A stretch of 64,000 nucleotides of DNA from NCBI GenBank assembly GCA_963765205.1, contig CAVXVB010000005.1, positions 352,001-416,000 on the forward strand, read 5' to 3'. How positions within the stretch are numbered: position 1 is the first letter of the stretch; each line of letters opens with the position of its first letter. This document shows, one piece after another, positions 1 to 9,498 of the stretch. This stretch comes from an uncultured Verrucomicrobiae bacterium (GTDB lineage Bacteria; Verrucomicrobiota; Verrucomicrobiia; Opitutales; JABDGR01). Under the pieces are notes generated by a model that saw only the letters and a list, made by a program, of their open reading frames with translations, searched no databases and was not told the DNA's origin. A program made the position numbers and the translations under genes.

Positions 1-231
1 CGGCACCGTTTATCTGGATACGTCCATCATAAATGTTGCCCGCTGGCGCACTGATTCATCATTGCCAGCGCCAGTCTATTCGCCGTTCCGTAAAAACCAA
101 AAATAACGGTATGTTTTATATCAACAAGGTATTTTATCATTACCAAGCCTCCTTTAAATGAAAAAGTGGAATGGCGCGTCAGGCTATCATAAGTAAGTGG
201 CATATTATGATTTACGCTCATTTTGAATTTT

Positions 232-849
232 ATGGATAACGTCTATTCCCCGTTTTTTGACTCAAAGGAGGGATCTTCGGATGCTATTAAAGACCCGTTG
301 TTGCGACCGCTTTGGACCGATATGTGTAAATGCGAAGAATTGATGCAAAAGCATCAAGATGAATTTTCAAGGCGCACATATGTTCGAGCGAGCTTCGCGT
401 TCTTAGAAGGATTCCTCTTTATAGTTAAAAAGCAATTCCTCCAATGGTTAATTCAAAAAGGTATGAGAGATAATAATTTGGAAATTTCCAAAATTGAGCT
501 CTTGGGTGATTTGTCGCTCCGTGCTGGTAGAACCGGGAAAATCGAATCTGAATCCAACCGGATGCCCTTTCTTAACTATTGTGCTTTAATTCTTCGGACA
601 GGTGCCGAATGTGTCGGAATGGAACCAGCGGCAATTTTTTCTGATAATGGATGGATGAGCTTACAAAAGGCATTGGCAGTTCGCCATCGCATCACACATC
701 CTAAACAGCCAAGCGACCTTGACGTATCCCTAGATGACGTAATGGCGTGTAACAAATCCATCCGGTGGCTTTATAATAGCTTGATAGACCTTATGTCACA
801 TGGAGCAGAATCCGGCAATCTTCACTTTAACTCTGACGTACAAGGGTAA
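232..849 (+). CDS. HEPN-like domain protein (putative RNase, possible defence gene); AT-rich
   Basis: ORF 223..849, with first ATG at 232. C-terminal R-x4-H motif (RHRITH, followed by PK) and an N-terminal helical 'RRTYVRASFAFLEG' segment. Visibly much lower GC than the flanking genes. Confidence 0.6.
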   Translation: MDNVYSPFFDSKEGSSDAIKDPLLRPLWTDMCKCEELMQKHQDEFSRRTYVRASFAFLEGFLFIVKKQFLQWLIQKGMRDNNLEISKIELLGDLSLRAGRTGKIESESNRMPFLNYCALILRTGAECVGMEPAAIFSDNGWMSLQKALAVRHRITHPKQPSDLDVSLDDVMACNKSIRWLYNSLIDLMSHGAESGNLHFNSDVQG

Positions 850-866
850 TCTTGTATATTAGTCCC

Positions 867-1907
867 TCATGCGAATTGGCGCAGAAAACGCAAATCGTTC
901 TGATAAAAATGCCGCAGGTCGTCCTGGCCGGCGCAGACCATGGCGATGCGTTCGAGGCCGAAGCCAAAGGCGTAGCCGGTCCACTCCGCGGGGTTCAATC
1001 CGACGGCGTGGAAGACCTCGGGGTCCACCACGCCGCAGCCGCCGAGTTCGAGCCATTTGCCGGAGAGTTTGCCCAAATCCGGCGAGGTGAAATCCATCTC
1101 GAAACTCGGCTCGGTGAAGGGGAAAAACGACGGGCGCAGGCGGATTTGCGCGCCCGCGCCAAACAGCCCGCGCACGAGGTAATCCAGCGCGGCCTTCAAA
1201 TCCACGACCGTCACGCGCCGGTCCACGCACAGGCCCTCGACCTGGTGGAAATTCGCGCTGTGGGTGGCGTCCACGTTGTCGCGGCGGAAGACGCGGCCGG
1301 GCGCGAGGATGCGCAGCGGCGGCTTTTCCTTGAGCAGCGTGCGGATTTGCACGGTCGAGGTGTGCGAGCGCAGGAGGTAGCGCTCCTGGCCGTGGCGCGA
1401 AACATTGCCGACGGGCGTTGCAGCGGGGAGGTAAAACGTGTCCTGCTCGTTGCGCGCGGGGTGGTTGGGCGGCGTGTTGAGCGCGTCGAAGTTGAACCAC
1501 TCGGTTTCGAGTTCCGACCCCTCGGCGATGGTGAAGCCGATCTTGCGGAAGAGGGCGCAGACCTCGCGGCGCGTGCGCGTGAGCGGGTGCAGCAGGCCGG
1601 GCGCGGCGTCCGGCGCGGGCAAGGTCGGGTCCACGGGCGGGCCGAGGCGGGCGGTCAGCGCGGCGGCGTCGAGCCGCGCGAGCGTTTCGGCGAAAAGCTT
1701 TTCAAACTCCTGCTTGTATTGGTTGATGAGGCGGCCGGCGGCGGGCTTTTCCGCCGGGGGCAGGGTGCCCATGATCCGCATCGAGCCGGTGAAGGAACCC
1801 TTCGGGCCGACGTAGCGGGCCTTGAACGCCTCGAAATCCGGGCGCGAGGCGAGGGCCGGCGCGGCGGCGCGGGCTTCGGCGAGGAGGGCGGCAAGGGCGG
1901 GTTCCAT
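867..1907 (-). CDS. pheS: Phenylalanine--tRNA ligase alpha subunit
   Basis: Motifs NFDALNTPPNHPAR, LLRSHTSTVQIR, DATHSANFHQVEG, RPSFFPFTEPSFE and GYAFGFGLERIAM; lies next to rplT. Confidence 0.98.
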   Translation of the reverse strand: MEPALAALLAEARAAAPALASRPDFEAFKARYVGPKGSFTGSMRIMGTLPPAEKPAAGRLINQYKQEFEKLFAETLARLDAAALTARLGPPVDPTLPAPDAAPGLLHPLTRTRREVCALFRKIGFTIAEGSELETEWFNFDALNTPPNHPARNEQDTFYLPAATPVGNVSRHGQERYLLRSHTSTVQIRTLLKEKPPLRILAPGRVFRRDNVDATHSANFHQVEGLCVDRRVTVVDLKAALDYLVRGLFGAGAQIRLRPSFFPFTEPSFEMDFTSPDLGKLSGKWLELGGCGVVDPEVFHAVGLNPAEWTGYAFGFGLERIAMVCAGQDDLRHFYQNDLRFLRQFA

Positions 1908-1913
1908 AAGTAG

Positions 1914-1941
1914 AATGGAAAATGGAAGATGGAAAATGGAA
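1914..1941. repeat. Heptamer tandem array (A/G)ATGGAA x4
   Basis: aatggaa aatggaa gatggaa aatggaa, directly upstream of the pheS start. Confidence 0.85.
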
Positions 1942-2058
1942 AAGCAACTGACTGAATATCAGTTGGACGGCAGTTGCCTCTTAATCAATTGGCCAGAAAT
2001 TGAGGCATGGGGCAAGCATGTCCGGGCATTCAGCCCGAAAAGGTTGGGAACCGCAAAT

Positions 2059-2077
2059 GCGTCCTGCGAAAGGACGC
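2059..2077 (-). terminator. Hairpin downstream of rplT (possible weak terminator or processing stem)
   Basis: GCGTCCT-N5-AGGACGC inverted repeat; the U-tract is short. Confidence 0.35.
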
Positions 2078-2091
2078 GGGGGCCGTTGGTC

Positions 2092-2469
2092 CTACGCCTT
2101 GGCCGGGGCGGCGAGGGCGGCCTTCGCCTGCTCGAAAATCTTGGTGAAGGCGGCGCTGTCGTGGATGGCGAGTTCGCTGAGGGCTTTGCGGTCGAGGCCG
2201 ATTTTGGCGGCCTTCAGGCCGGCGATAAATCGGCTGTAGGTCAGCCCGCCGCCCGCGGCGCGCACGGCGGCGTTGATGCGGATGATCCACAGGCTGCGGA
2301 AGTCGCCCTTCTTGCGTTTGCGGTGCTTGTAGGCATACTGCCCGGAGCGCGCGAGGGCGTCCTTGGCGTAACGATACAACTTCGACTTGTTGCCGAAGTA
2401 GCCCTTGGTTTTCCGCAGCGTGCGCTTGCGGCGCGCTTTGGTGTAAACGGCGTTGGTGACACGAGGCAT
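2092..2469 (-). CDS. rplT: 50S ribosomal protein L20
   Basis: MPRVTNA...KGYFG...FRSLWIIRINAA...YSRFIAGLKAA...DRKALSELAI. Confidence 0.98.
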   Translation of the reverse strand: MPRVTNAVYTKARRKRTLRKTKGYFGNKSKLYRYAKDALARSGQYAYKHRKRKKGDFRSLWIIRINAAVRAAGGGLTYSRFIAGLKAAKIGLDRKALSELAIHDSAAFTKIFEQAKAALAAPAKA

Positions 2470-2478
2470 GGCAAAAGG

Positions 2479-2603
2479 GAATTAAGAATTAGGAATTAAG
2501 AATTAAGAAGTAAAGAATGGAAGATAAAAAAAGAAGAGACTGGCGGCGGGCTATATTGGGCAAGGGAAGTCATTTTTCCATTTTCCATCTTTCATTTTCC
2601 ATT
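2479..2603. repeat. Heptamer arrays GAATTAA x5 (2479-2513) and TTCCATT x4 (2576-2603) between rpmI and rplT
   Basis: Direct reading of degenerate 7-bp periodic units. Confidence 0.85.
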
Positions 2604-2609
2604 CTGTGT

Positions 2610-2804
2610 TCAGAATGAGTGCGGCATGGCCATGCGGACGAAGCGGGCGACGCCGGCGGAGACGGGCTTGTCGTTGCGGGACTGGCGCTTCTGCTTCTTG
2701 GACTTGGCGCCCAGCAGATGGCGGCGCCCCGGCGTGCGGCGCAGGATTTTGCCGCGGCCGGTGATTTTGAAACGCTTGGCGATGGACTTTTTGGTTTTAC
2801 GCAT
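2610..2804 (-). CDS. rpmI: 50S ribosomal protein L35
   Basis: KTKKSIAKRFKITGRGK...GRRHLL; 64 aa, basic, upstream of rplT. Confidence 0.97.
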   Translation of the reverse strand: MRKTKKSIAKRFKITGRGKILRRTPGRRHLLGAKSKKQKRQSRNDKPVSAGVARFVRMAMPHSF

Positions 2805-2893
2805 GACGGGAAAGACTGCCGAGAGGGTGGAAACCGGCTAACAAACCATGTTTGGGCGCGGGTGTAAAGGGTAAAAGGCGGATATTCGGACGG

Positions 2894-2922
2894 TTGACAG
2901 GGCCGACGCCGCCTGCGAGAAT
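2894..2922 (+). promoter_or_regulatory. Sigma70-type promoter of hicB, probably giving a leaderless mRNA
   Basis: TTGACA-17 bp-GAGAAT with an extended -10 TG; the ATG lies 6 nt after the -10 element. Confidence 0.6.
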
Positions 2923-2928
2923 TGGCCC

Positions 2929-3126
2929 ATGAAATTCCGCGTCATCATTGAACCGGACGAAGACGGGGTCTTTGTGGCTGAATGCCCCAACCTGCCCGGC
3001 TGCATTTCCCAGGGCCGCACCCGCGAAGAGGCCGTGACCAACATCAAGGACGCGATTCAGGGATACTTGACGAGCCTCAAAAAACACCGCGAGCCAATCA
3101 TGTTTGGGCACGGGTGTAACTGGTAA
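2929..3126 (+). CDS. hicB: HicB-family antitoxin (short form, orphan)
   Basis: MKFRVIIEPDEDGVFVAECPNLPGCISQGRTREEAVTNIKDAI, the typical HicB N-terminal domain. Confidence 0.9.
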   Translation: MKFRVIIEPDEDGVFVAECPNLPGCISQGRTREEAVTNIKDAIQGYLTSLKKHREPIMFGHGCNW

Positions 3127-3182
3127 GTTTCCCGAACCGTGGGCAAGCAGCTTTTCTCGATTTCTTGGGCTGGGGAAATCCG

Positions 3183-3393
3183 GGCCTCGCGGAGCGAGGC
3201 CGCGATATTAGCCGGGGGTTTCAACCCCCGGACCGGGGCAACGGGGAACCGCGTCGCGTAGCGACGCTTGAAGGAAGTGCAGCAATGTATTTGAACGCAA
3301 ACTCAGGCGTCGCTACGCGACGCATTGTGGGTGAGATTCCGTTCCCGTGGACTGAAGTCCACGGCTACTATCATTGCCTCGCTACGCGAGGCC
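3183..3393. repeat. Nested palindromic REPIN-like element (A-B-C...C'-B'-A')
   Basis: Hairpins ggcctcgcggagcgaggcc, ccgggggtttcaacccccgg and gcgtcgcgtagcgacgc, mirrored by gcgtcgctacgcgacgc, ccgtggactgaagtccacgg and gcctcgctacgcgaggc. Confidence 0.8.
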
Positions 3394-3593
3394 AAGGCGC
3401 GCAATGTGAACGCACAAATGTCAAAAAGTGAGCATAGCCACACGGCTGTGTTCAAAGCGTCGCTCCACGAGGGAAAAGGGTGAAGTATTCGTTTGAATGA
3501 GGCCCTGCTGTTTTGGGATGGCCTTAATTTGAAACATGTCGCTGAAAAAGGGGTTACTTAATCTGTCGGGATCCCCCCTTAATTGCAAAGTTA

Positions 3594-4244
3594 ATGAAGC
3601 CTAAGCACTTCCTCCTGGCTTTCTTTATCGTCGCTATTGTGGGCGTTGGCATTTGGTGGTTTGCCCAGCCAAAGCCGACGCCGCTGGAAAAAACCGCCGA
3701 CTCGAAGTCACCCGCATCGGGCAACATTGCCGCGCCCAAGCCTGCGCCGACCCAAATTGCCGCGCCGATTACGCCCCCGGCGGCGAAATCCAGCACGGCC
3801 CCGCCAGACGGCGGGTCGGAGCCGGACAAAGGCGACCCACACGCCGAATTGAGCACGGCGATTAATGATATCTCCAGCCGACTTTTGTCGGGAGATTTGT
3901 ATTCGGTGGAAACAAATTATTCCTTGCCGGAGGTGCTCGCCAAAATTCCGCCCGAAGAACTGGCGAATCTGCAGGAATTGCAAACCGCCTTGGACAGTTC
4001 TCCACAACCTGTGCGAAGGCTGCAAAACTATGCACAAGTTTACCAAACCCTTGAAGGTCAGACTCCCGAAATGAACGCCGCTGGTGACGAGGCCACTTAC
4101 CAAGTGACGCCCCCACGCGGAATGGCCGGCGACCCCGTGAGCGGCAGTCCCGTGACGCTCCCGACACTGACGGTCACATTCCAGAAAATTGACGGCAAAT
4201 GGTATATCAAACGCGGCCCAGGCGGATTGTCCGCCCCACATTGA
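3594..4244 (+). CDS. Hypothetical membrane-anchored/exported protein (C-terminus possibly NTF2-like)
   Basis: N-terminal hydrophobic helix, Pro/Ala-rich linker, and C-terminal 'TVTFQKIDGKWYI'. Confidence 0.75.
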   Translation: MKPKHFLLAFFIVAIVGVGIWWFAQPKPTPLEKTADSKSPASGNIAAPKPAPTQIAAPITPPAAKSSTAPPDGGSEPDKGDPHAELSTAINDISSRLLSGDLYSVETNYSLPEVLAKIPPEELANLQELQTALDSSPQPVRRLQNYAQVYQTLEGQTPEMNAAGDEATYQVTPPRGMAGDPVSGSPVTLPTLTVTFQKIDGKWYIKRGPGGLSAPH

Positions 4245-4296
4245 GGGACACCGGCATGCGACTACGATGCTGGGTTGCGCCAAGGCTGCGGATGCT

Positions 4297-4323
4297 CGGA
4301 CGCCTCGGAGAGGCGTCCCTACC
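4297..4323 (-). repeat. GTAG-type REP palindrome
   Basis: Minus strand reads GGTAGGGACGCCTCTCCGAGGCGTCCG. Confidence 0.7.
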
Positions 4324-4371
4324 ATTGCGGGGGATGTAGCGGGCGTTGTTTCCGCCAGCGCAGTCCTATCC

Positions 4372-4400
4372 TTGCCAAACGCCGTCCGCCTGTTCATGCT
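4372..4400 (+). promoter_or_regulatory. Candidate sigma70 promoter for secA
   Basis: TTGCCA-17 bp-CATGCT, 36 nt upstream of the ATG. Confidence 0.35.
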
Positions 4401-4436
4401 CGCAGGTTTCGCCCCTGATTGGGGGCTGGCCGCGCC

Positions 4437-7400
4437 ATGATTCATAAAATTTTCAGCTACTTTTCCGGACGGCATTACAAGCAGTTCGTGCGCTCCTGCC
4501 TGCCCCTGGTCGCGCGCGTCAACCAGTACGACCAGGAATACAAGGCCTACACGGACGAGCACTTGCGCGCCAAGACCACCGAGTTCCGCGAGCGCTTCCA
4601 CAAGGGCGAGACGCTCGACCAGCTTTTGCCCGAGGCCTTCGCCGCGGTCAAAAACGCCGCCCGCCGCCTGAGCGGCCAGGAGATCATGGTCTGCGGCCAG
4701 CCGCTGCAATGGAACATGGTGCATTTTGACGAGCAGCTTATTGGCGGCATGGCGCTGCACGGGCGCAAAATCGCCGAAATGGCCACCGGCGAGGGCAAGA
4801 CGCTTGTCGCCACGCTGCCGCTCTACCTCAACGCGCTCTCCGGTCGAAACTGCCACTGCGTCACCGTCAACGACTACCTGGCCCTGCGCGACTCGGAGTG
4901 GATGGGCCATCTCTACAAATTTCTCGGCCTGACGGTCGGCTGCATCCAGCAACAGCAGCCGCCCGACGTGCGCCGCGCCGCCTACAAGTGCGACATTACT
5001 TACGGCACGGCCTCGGAGTTCGGCTTCGACTACCTGCGCGACAACGGCATGGCCACGCGCGTCGCCGACCAGGTGCAGAACGGCTATTATTATTGCATCG
5101 TGGACGAGGTGGACTCGATTCTCGTGGATGAGGCGCGCACGCCCCTCATCATCACCGGCCCCTCGACGGAGGACAGCGAAGGGCCGTATCTCGCGCTCAA
5201 GCCTGGCGTCGAACATCTTTTCGGCCAGCAAATGCGCCTGTGCAACCGCCTCGCGCAGGAGGCGCGGGAGGAATTGGAGAAGCCCGGCCAGGGCGAATCA
5301 AGCGAGGCCATCCACAAGCTCCTCCAGGTCAAGATGGGCATGCCGAAGCACAAGCAGTTGCTCAAGCTCATGGAAAACGGCACCGTGCGCAAGTTGCTGG
5401 ACAAGTATGACCTCGAGATGAGCGGCGATTTCTCGCGCGACCAGCGCTACCAATTGAAGGAGGAACTCTTCTTCACTGTGGACGAGCGCCAGCGCACCTC
5501 CGACCTGACCGAAAAAGGCCGCCGCGCCCTGCGGCCCGAAAATCCGGAGGCGTTCATGCTGCCCGACTTGCCGAGCTTTTTCATCGCCACCGACCGGCGC
5601 GACGACCTCACCCCCGAGCAAAAGCACCAGCTCAAGCAGGCGGAGGAGCAGCGCTTCGCCGCCGTCTCCGAGGAAATCCACTGCCTTGCGCAACTTCTCA
5701 TCGCCTACACGCTCTACGAGCGCGACCAGCAATACGTCGTGCTCGAGGGTAAGGTCTTCATCGTGGACGAAAACACCGGGCGCCTGATGCCGGGGCGGCG
5801 CTGGAGCGAGGGCCTCCACCAAGCCGTTGAGGCCAAGGAGGGCGTCGTGATCGAAAAGGAAACGAAGACCTACGCAACCATCACGATCCAGAATTATTTC
5901 CGCCTTTATGAAAAACTCGCGGGCATGACCGGCACCGCCGAGACGGAGGCCGCCGAGTTCAACGACATCTACCGCCTCACGGTCATGCAGATTCCCACGC
6001 ACAAGACGTGCATCCGCAAAGACCTCAACGACATTGTTTTCAAGACCCGGCGCGAGAAATACAACGCGGTGGTGGAGGACATCAAGCAAGCCCACGACCG
6101 CGGGCAGCCCGTCCTCGTCGGCACCACGTCGGTGGACGACTCGGAGGTGCTCTCGAAGATGCTCAAGCGCCTGAACATTGTGCATAGCGTCCTGAATGCG
6201 AAGTATCACCAGCAAGAGGCGGAAATCGTGGCTCGCGCGGGCTCGCGCGGGGCTGTCACCATCGCGACGAACATGGCGGGCCGCGGCACGGACATCAAAC
6301 TCGGCGAAGGCGTGCCCGAGACGGGCGGCCTGTATGTACTCGGCACCGAGCGCCACGACTCTCGCCGGGTGGACCGCCAGTTGCGCGGCCGCTGCGCGCG
6401 CCAGGGCGACCCGGGCTTGTCGCGCTTTTATGTTTCGATGGAGGACAAGCTGATGCGTCTGTTCGCCAACGCCGGGCCGCTTTCGACGATGCTCGACAAG
6501 TCCATGCAGGAAGGCGAGCCGCTCGAGCACGGCCTGCTCAACCACAGCATCCAGCAGGCGCAGAAAAAAGTCGAGTCGCAGGACTACAGCATCCGCAAGC
6601 GCCTGTTGCAATACGACGACGTGCTCAGCCGCCAGCGCGAAGTGGTTTACGGCCTGCGCAATGACGCCATCCGCGGCGAAAGCCCCCGCGCAACGGTCTT
6701 CGAGGTCGTTGAGGAGGAACTCAAACTGCGCGCCGACGCGCTGGCCCCCGACGGGCGCGTCCCCGAGGGCGAGGCGCTGGCCGGCTACCTCGCGTGGGTC
6801 AACGCGCGCTTTCCACTGTCGCTGAAAGCCGCCGACGCCAAGGGCAAGGCCGCCGACGCGCTGGTGGCCTGGATCATGGAAAATTTGCAAAAGGCCTACG
6901 CGCAACGCTGCGAATTCGAGACGCCCGAGGCGATGCTCGCCATCGAGCGCTACGTCGTCATCCGCGCCATTGATCGCAACTGGCAGGATCACCTGACGGA
7001 AATCGAGGACTTGCGCAAGAGCATCAACCTGCGCGGCTACGGCCAGCGCGACCCACTCAATGAATACAAGGCGGAGGCCTTCACCTATTTTGAGCAGATG
7101 ATGGGCCGCGTGCGCCAAGACGTGTGCGGCGGCCTCTTCACCTCGGCGACGAACATGCAGTCCTTCCAAAGCCTGCTGCAACTCATGCAGCGTGCCCAAG
7201 CCACCGGCCCGACCGATCCGATGCAGCCCGCCACGACCACCGGCACCGCCACGCGCCCGCCGGCCGCGCCCGCCCGGCCCGCCGCGCCGCCGCCCGCGAC
7301 CACGGCTGCGACCGCTCAGCCGGAAGCCAAGCTGCCAAAAGTCGCTCCGCGCCCGCCGCCCGAAGCACTGAAATTTGGCCGCAACGACCTGGTGACCATC

Positions 7401-7490
7401 AAGCGTGGTGCCGAAACCCAGCAGGTGAAATTCAAAAAAGCCGAGCTGATGCTCAAAGAAGGCTGGGTGATTGTGCCGGGGAAAGAATGA
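4437..7490 (+). CDS. secA: Preprotein translocase subunit SecA
   Basis: [67 protein letters not shown] at 4437. Confidence 0.98.
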   Translation: MIHKIFSYFSGRHYKQFVRSCLPLVARVNQYDQEYKAYTDEHLRAKTTEFRERFHKGETLDQLLPEAFAAVKNAARRLSGQEIMVCGQPLQWNMVHFDEQLIGGMALHGRKIAEMATGEGKTLVATLPLYLNALSGRNCHCVTVNDYLALRDSEWMGHLYKFLGLTVGCIQQQQPPDVRRAAYKCDITYGTASEFGFDYLRDNGMATRVADQVQNGYYYCIVDEVDSILVDEARTPLIITGPSTEDSEGPYLALKPGVEHLFGQQMRLCNRLAQEAREELEKPGQGESSEAIHKLLQVKMGMPKHKQLLKLMENGTVRKLLDKYDLEMSGDFSRDQRYQLKEELFFTVDERQRTSDLTEKGRRALRPENPEAFMLPDLPSFFIATDRRDDLTPEQKHQLKQAEEQRFAAVSEEIHCLAQLLIAYTLYERDQQYVVLEGKVFIVDENTGRLMPGRRWSEGLHQAVEAKEGVVIEKETKTYATITIQNYFRLYEKLAGMTGTAETEAAEFNDIYRLTVMQIPTHKTCIRKDLNDIVFKTRREKYNAVVEDIKQAHDRGQPVLVGTTSVDDSEVLSKMLKRLNIVHSVLNAKYHQQEAEIVARAGSRGAVTIATNMAGRGTDIKLGEGVPETGGLYVLGTERHDSRRVDRQLRGRCARQGDPGLSRFYVSMEDKLMRLFANAGPLSTMLDKSMQEGEPLEHGLLNHSIQQAQKKVESQDYSIRKRLLQYDDVLSRQREVVYGLRNDAIRGESPRATVFEVVEEELKLRADALAPDGRVPEGEALAGYLAWVNARFPLSLKAADAKGKAADALVAWIMENLQKAYAQRCEFETPEAMLAIERYVVIRAIDRNWQDHLTEIEDLRKSINLRGYGQRDPLNEYKAEAFTYFEQMMGRVRQDVCGGLFTSATNMQSFQSLLQLMQRAQATGPTDPMQPATTTGTATRPPAAPARPAAPPPATTAATAQPEAKLPKVAPRPPPEALKFGRNDLVTIKRGAETQQVKFKKAELMLKEGWVIVPGKE

Positions 7491-7765
7491 AGGATGAGGG
7501 ATGAAGGATGAATTATGGGTGTCTCTGACAACTCCTCGTTGACCAATTTCACAATAGGTAAAAATGAAACTCCAGGCGAAAAGAGAGGTTGGTAGAAGCA
7601 CCTTTAAGAAAGATGAAAGATGAAAGATGAAGGAACATCCCACACGCAGAGGAAAAATCCGGCGCGGAACAAAAAAAATCCGCCGAAGCTGGTGATATGC
7701 CCGGAGCAAAAGCCAGGAAGCAAACTTTGAGTCCGAATTCATCCATCATCCATCATCCTTCATCC
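7486..7765. repeat. Heptamer arrays GATGAAG-type (7486-7513, 7611-7631) with an inverted TTCATCC-type array (7738-7765)
   Basis: Direct reading; the first array overlaps the secA stop codon. Confidence 0.85.
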
Positions 7766-9433
7766 TTCTCCCGCCGCCGGCTTCCGCTGTTCGTGGCCGC
7801 GGCCTACATCCTCGCGCTCACGCTCGCGTTTCCGCCGTTCAACCAGGCCTGGGCGGTGCTGGTTTTTCTGACGCCGTTTGTGAAGTGGGCGTTCAGCGCG
7901 CCGCGCTGGCGGACGTTCTTGGCGGCGGCGCTCGCGGCGGGGTGGGGGTCGTGGTTTTGCATCATGATCTGGCTGCGGCATATTTATCCGCCGTGGGGCT
8001 GGCTCGGCTTGTTTTTGTTAAGCGGTTATCTCGGGTTGTATGCGCTCGCCTGGCTGGCGGCGGTGCGTTGGGCCGCGCCGCGGCTCCAAGGCGCGTCGCG
8101 CTGGCGACGGCTGGTGGGGCTGGTGGCGCTGGCGGGGTGGTGGGTGGTGCTCGAGTGGGTGCGCGGCACGGCGTTCACGGGATTTCCCTGGCTGCCGCTG
8201 GCGGCGGCGTTTTGGAAGTTTCCCCTGCTCCTGCAAATTGCCGCATGGACCGGCCAGTGGGGTGTCACGTTCATGATCGTGTTGTTTAACCTCGGCCTCG
8301 TCTGCGGCACCGGGCCGGAGCCGGTGGCCGGGAAGGCGCCGCCGCCGCGCCGAAAAATTTGGTGGCCCGCGCGCTGCGGCCCGGAACTGCTATTGCCGGC
8401 GGGTTTGTTCTTGGGCGCGATATTTTTGTCGCTCCAACTAGGTTCCAGCAAAGAGCGCGCGACCGTCCGGCTCCTGCGCGCGGGCATCGTCCAGCCGGCG
8501 ACGCCGGCGACTCTGAAAGAGGATCCCGCGTTTGTGGTTAAAAACCGGGACATCGTATTGGGCCTGACTCGGACCTTCACCCACCGTGAAAGCAGCCCAA
8601 ACAATGTGGACTTGGTGCTGTGGCCCGAGGCCGCCCTGGGCTATTTTTCGTTTCAAGGCCCCAACGCGGAACCGAACCGGCGGGCGCTGGAACAGTTTGT
8701 CCACAATTTGGGCGTGCCGCTGCTTTTTGGCGGGCTGGGCGAGGCTTTCCCGCGGGCCGGCCAGCCGGACGAGGCGGGAGAATATGACAGCGTCTTTCTC
8801 GCGCTGCCGGGCCAGCCCGGCCGTTTCGCGGAGGAAGTTTATGCCAAGCGCCACCTCGTGCCCTTCGGTGAATATGTCCCGCTGCGCCAATGGCTGCCCT
8901 TCATCGGCCAGGTCGTCTCCGTGGACGCGGTGCCCGGCGACCGGGCCGTGACCATTCCGCTGACTCTGTCCAACGGCCACACCGTCCACGCCGGGCCGCT
9001 GGTGTGCTTCGAGGATATTTTTGCCAACCTCGCGGGCGACCAGGCGCGGGCGGGCGCGGACTTCCTGGTCGTCGTCACCAACGACGCCTGGTTTGGCCTC
9101 GGCGGCGAAGATGAGCAGCACGCGGCCCATGCCGTCCTGCGCGCCATCGAAACGCGGCGCCCGATCGTGCGCTGTGGCAACGACGGCTGGAGCGGCTTCA
9201 TTGACCAGGACGGCGACGCGTTCGCGCTCGATAAAAACGGCCACGTCATCCAGAGCGGCTGGGTTTTGACCGCGCGCGGCACGACGCATTTCCAAGGCGC
9301 GGGCGCGCTGTATCTCTACAGCAACCCGCAGTTCGACGGCGTCGAAACTTTTTATGTGCGCTTCGGCGACTGGTTTGTCACCTTGAGCGCGCTGCTGGCG
9401 GTGGCGGGAGCGGTAGGGTTAAGAAAAAAATAG
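7697..9433 (+). CDS. lnt: Apolipoprotein N-acyltransferase (start uncertain)
   Basis: Multiple TM helices, TGFPW motif, and nitrilase triad motifs WPE, KRHLVPFGEYVP and VCFEDIF; TNDAWF. Confidence 0.93.
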   Translation: MPGAKARKQTLSPNSSIIHHPSSFSRRRLPLFVAAAYILALTLAFPPFNQAWAVLVFLTPFVKWAFSAPRWRTFLAAALAAGWGSWFCIMIWLRHIYPPWGWLGLFLLSGYLGLYALAWLAAVRWAAPRLQGASRWRRLVGLVALAGWWVVLEWVRGTAFTGFPWLPLAAAFWKFPLLLQIAAWTGQWGVTFMIVLFNLGLVCGTGPEPVAGKAPPPRRKIWWPARCGPELLLPAGLFLGAIFLSLQLGSSKERATVRLLRAGIVQPATPATLKEDPAFVVKNRDIVLGLTRTFTHRESSPNNVDLVLWPEAALGYFSFQGPNAEPNRRALEQFVHNLGVPLLFGGLGEAFPRAGQPDEAGEYDSVFLALPGQPGRFAEEVYAKRHLVPFGEYVPLRQWLPFIGQVVSVDAVPGDRAVTIPLTLSNGHTVHAGPLVCFEDIFANLAGDQARAGADFLVVVTNDAWFGLGGEDEQHAAHAVLRAIETRRPIVRCGNDGWSGFIDQDGDAFALDKNGHVIQSGWVLTARGTTHFQGAGALYLYSNPQFDGVETFYVRFGDWFVTLSALLAVAGAVGLRKK

Positions 9434-9498
9434 CCACAAGTCCTGATTTGCCTCAACAACGTTAAAGCGGGCGCAGTCTTGCTGCGTCCTCGGCCTCT

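Larger units (their letters stand above)
2844..3126. repeat. Imperfect 31-bp direct repeats (2844-2874 and 3096-3126) bracketing hicB
   Basis: aaccatgtttgggcgcgggtgtaaagggtaa versus aatcatgtttgggcacgggtgtaactggtaa (27/31 identical). Confidence 0.85.

Noticed and set aside
3183..3393. Multi-hairpin region as a possible tRNA or riboswitch
   Set aside because: No T-loop/D-loop consensus or known aptamer motif; mirror symmetry fits a REP-type DNA element better.
3165..3431. 88-aa ORF downstream of hicB as a possible HicA toxin
   Set aside because: It is a translation of the palindromic element, with no HicA-like G-S-H motif or fold pattern.
3708..7742. 507-aa and 814-aa minus-strand ORFs
   Set aside because: Antisense shadows of secA.
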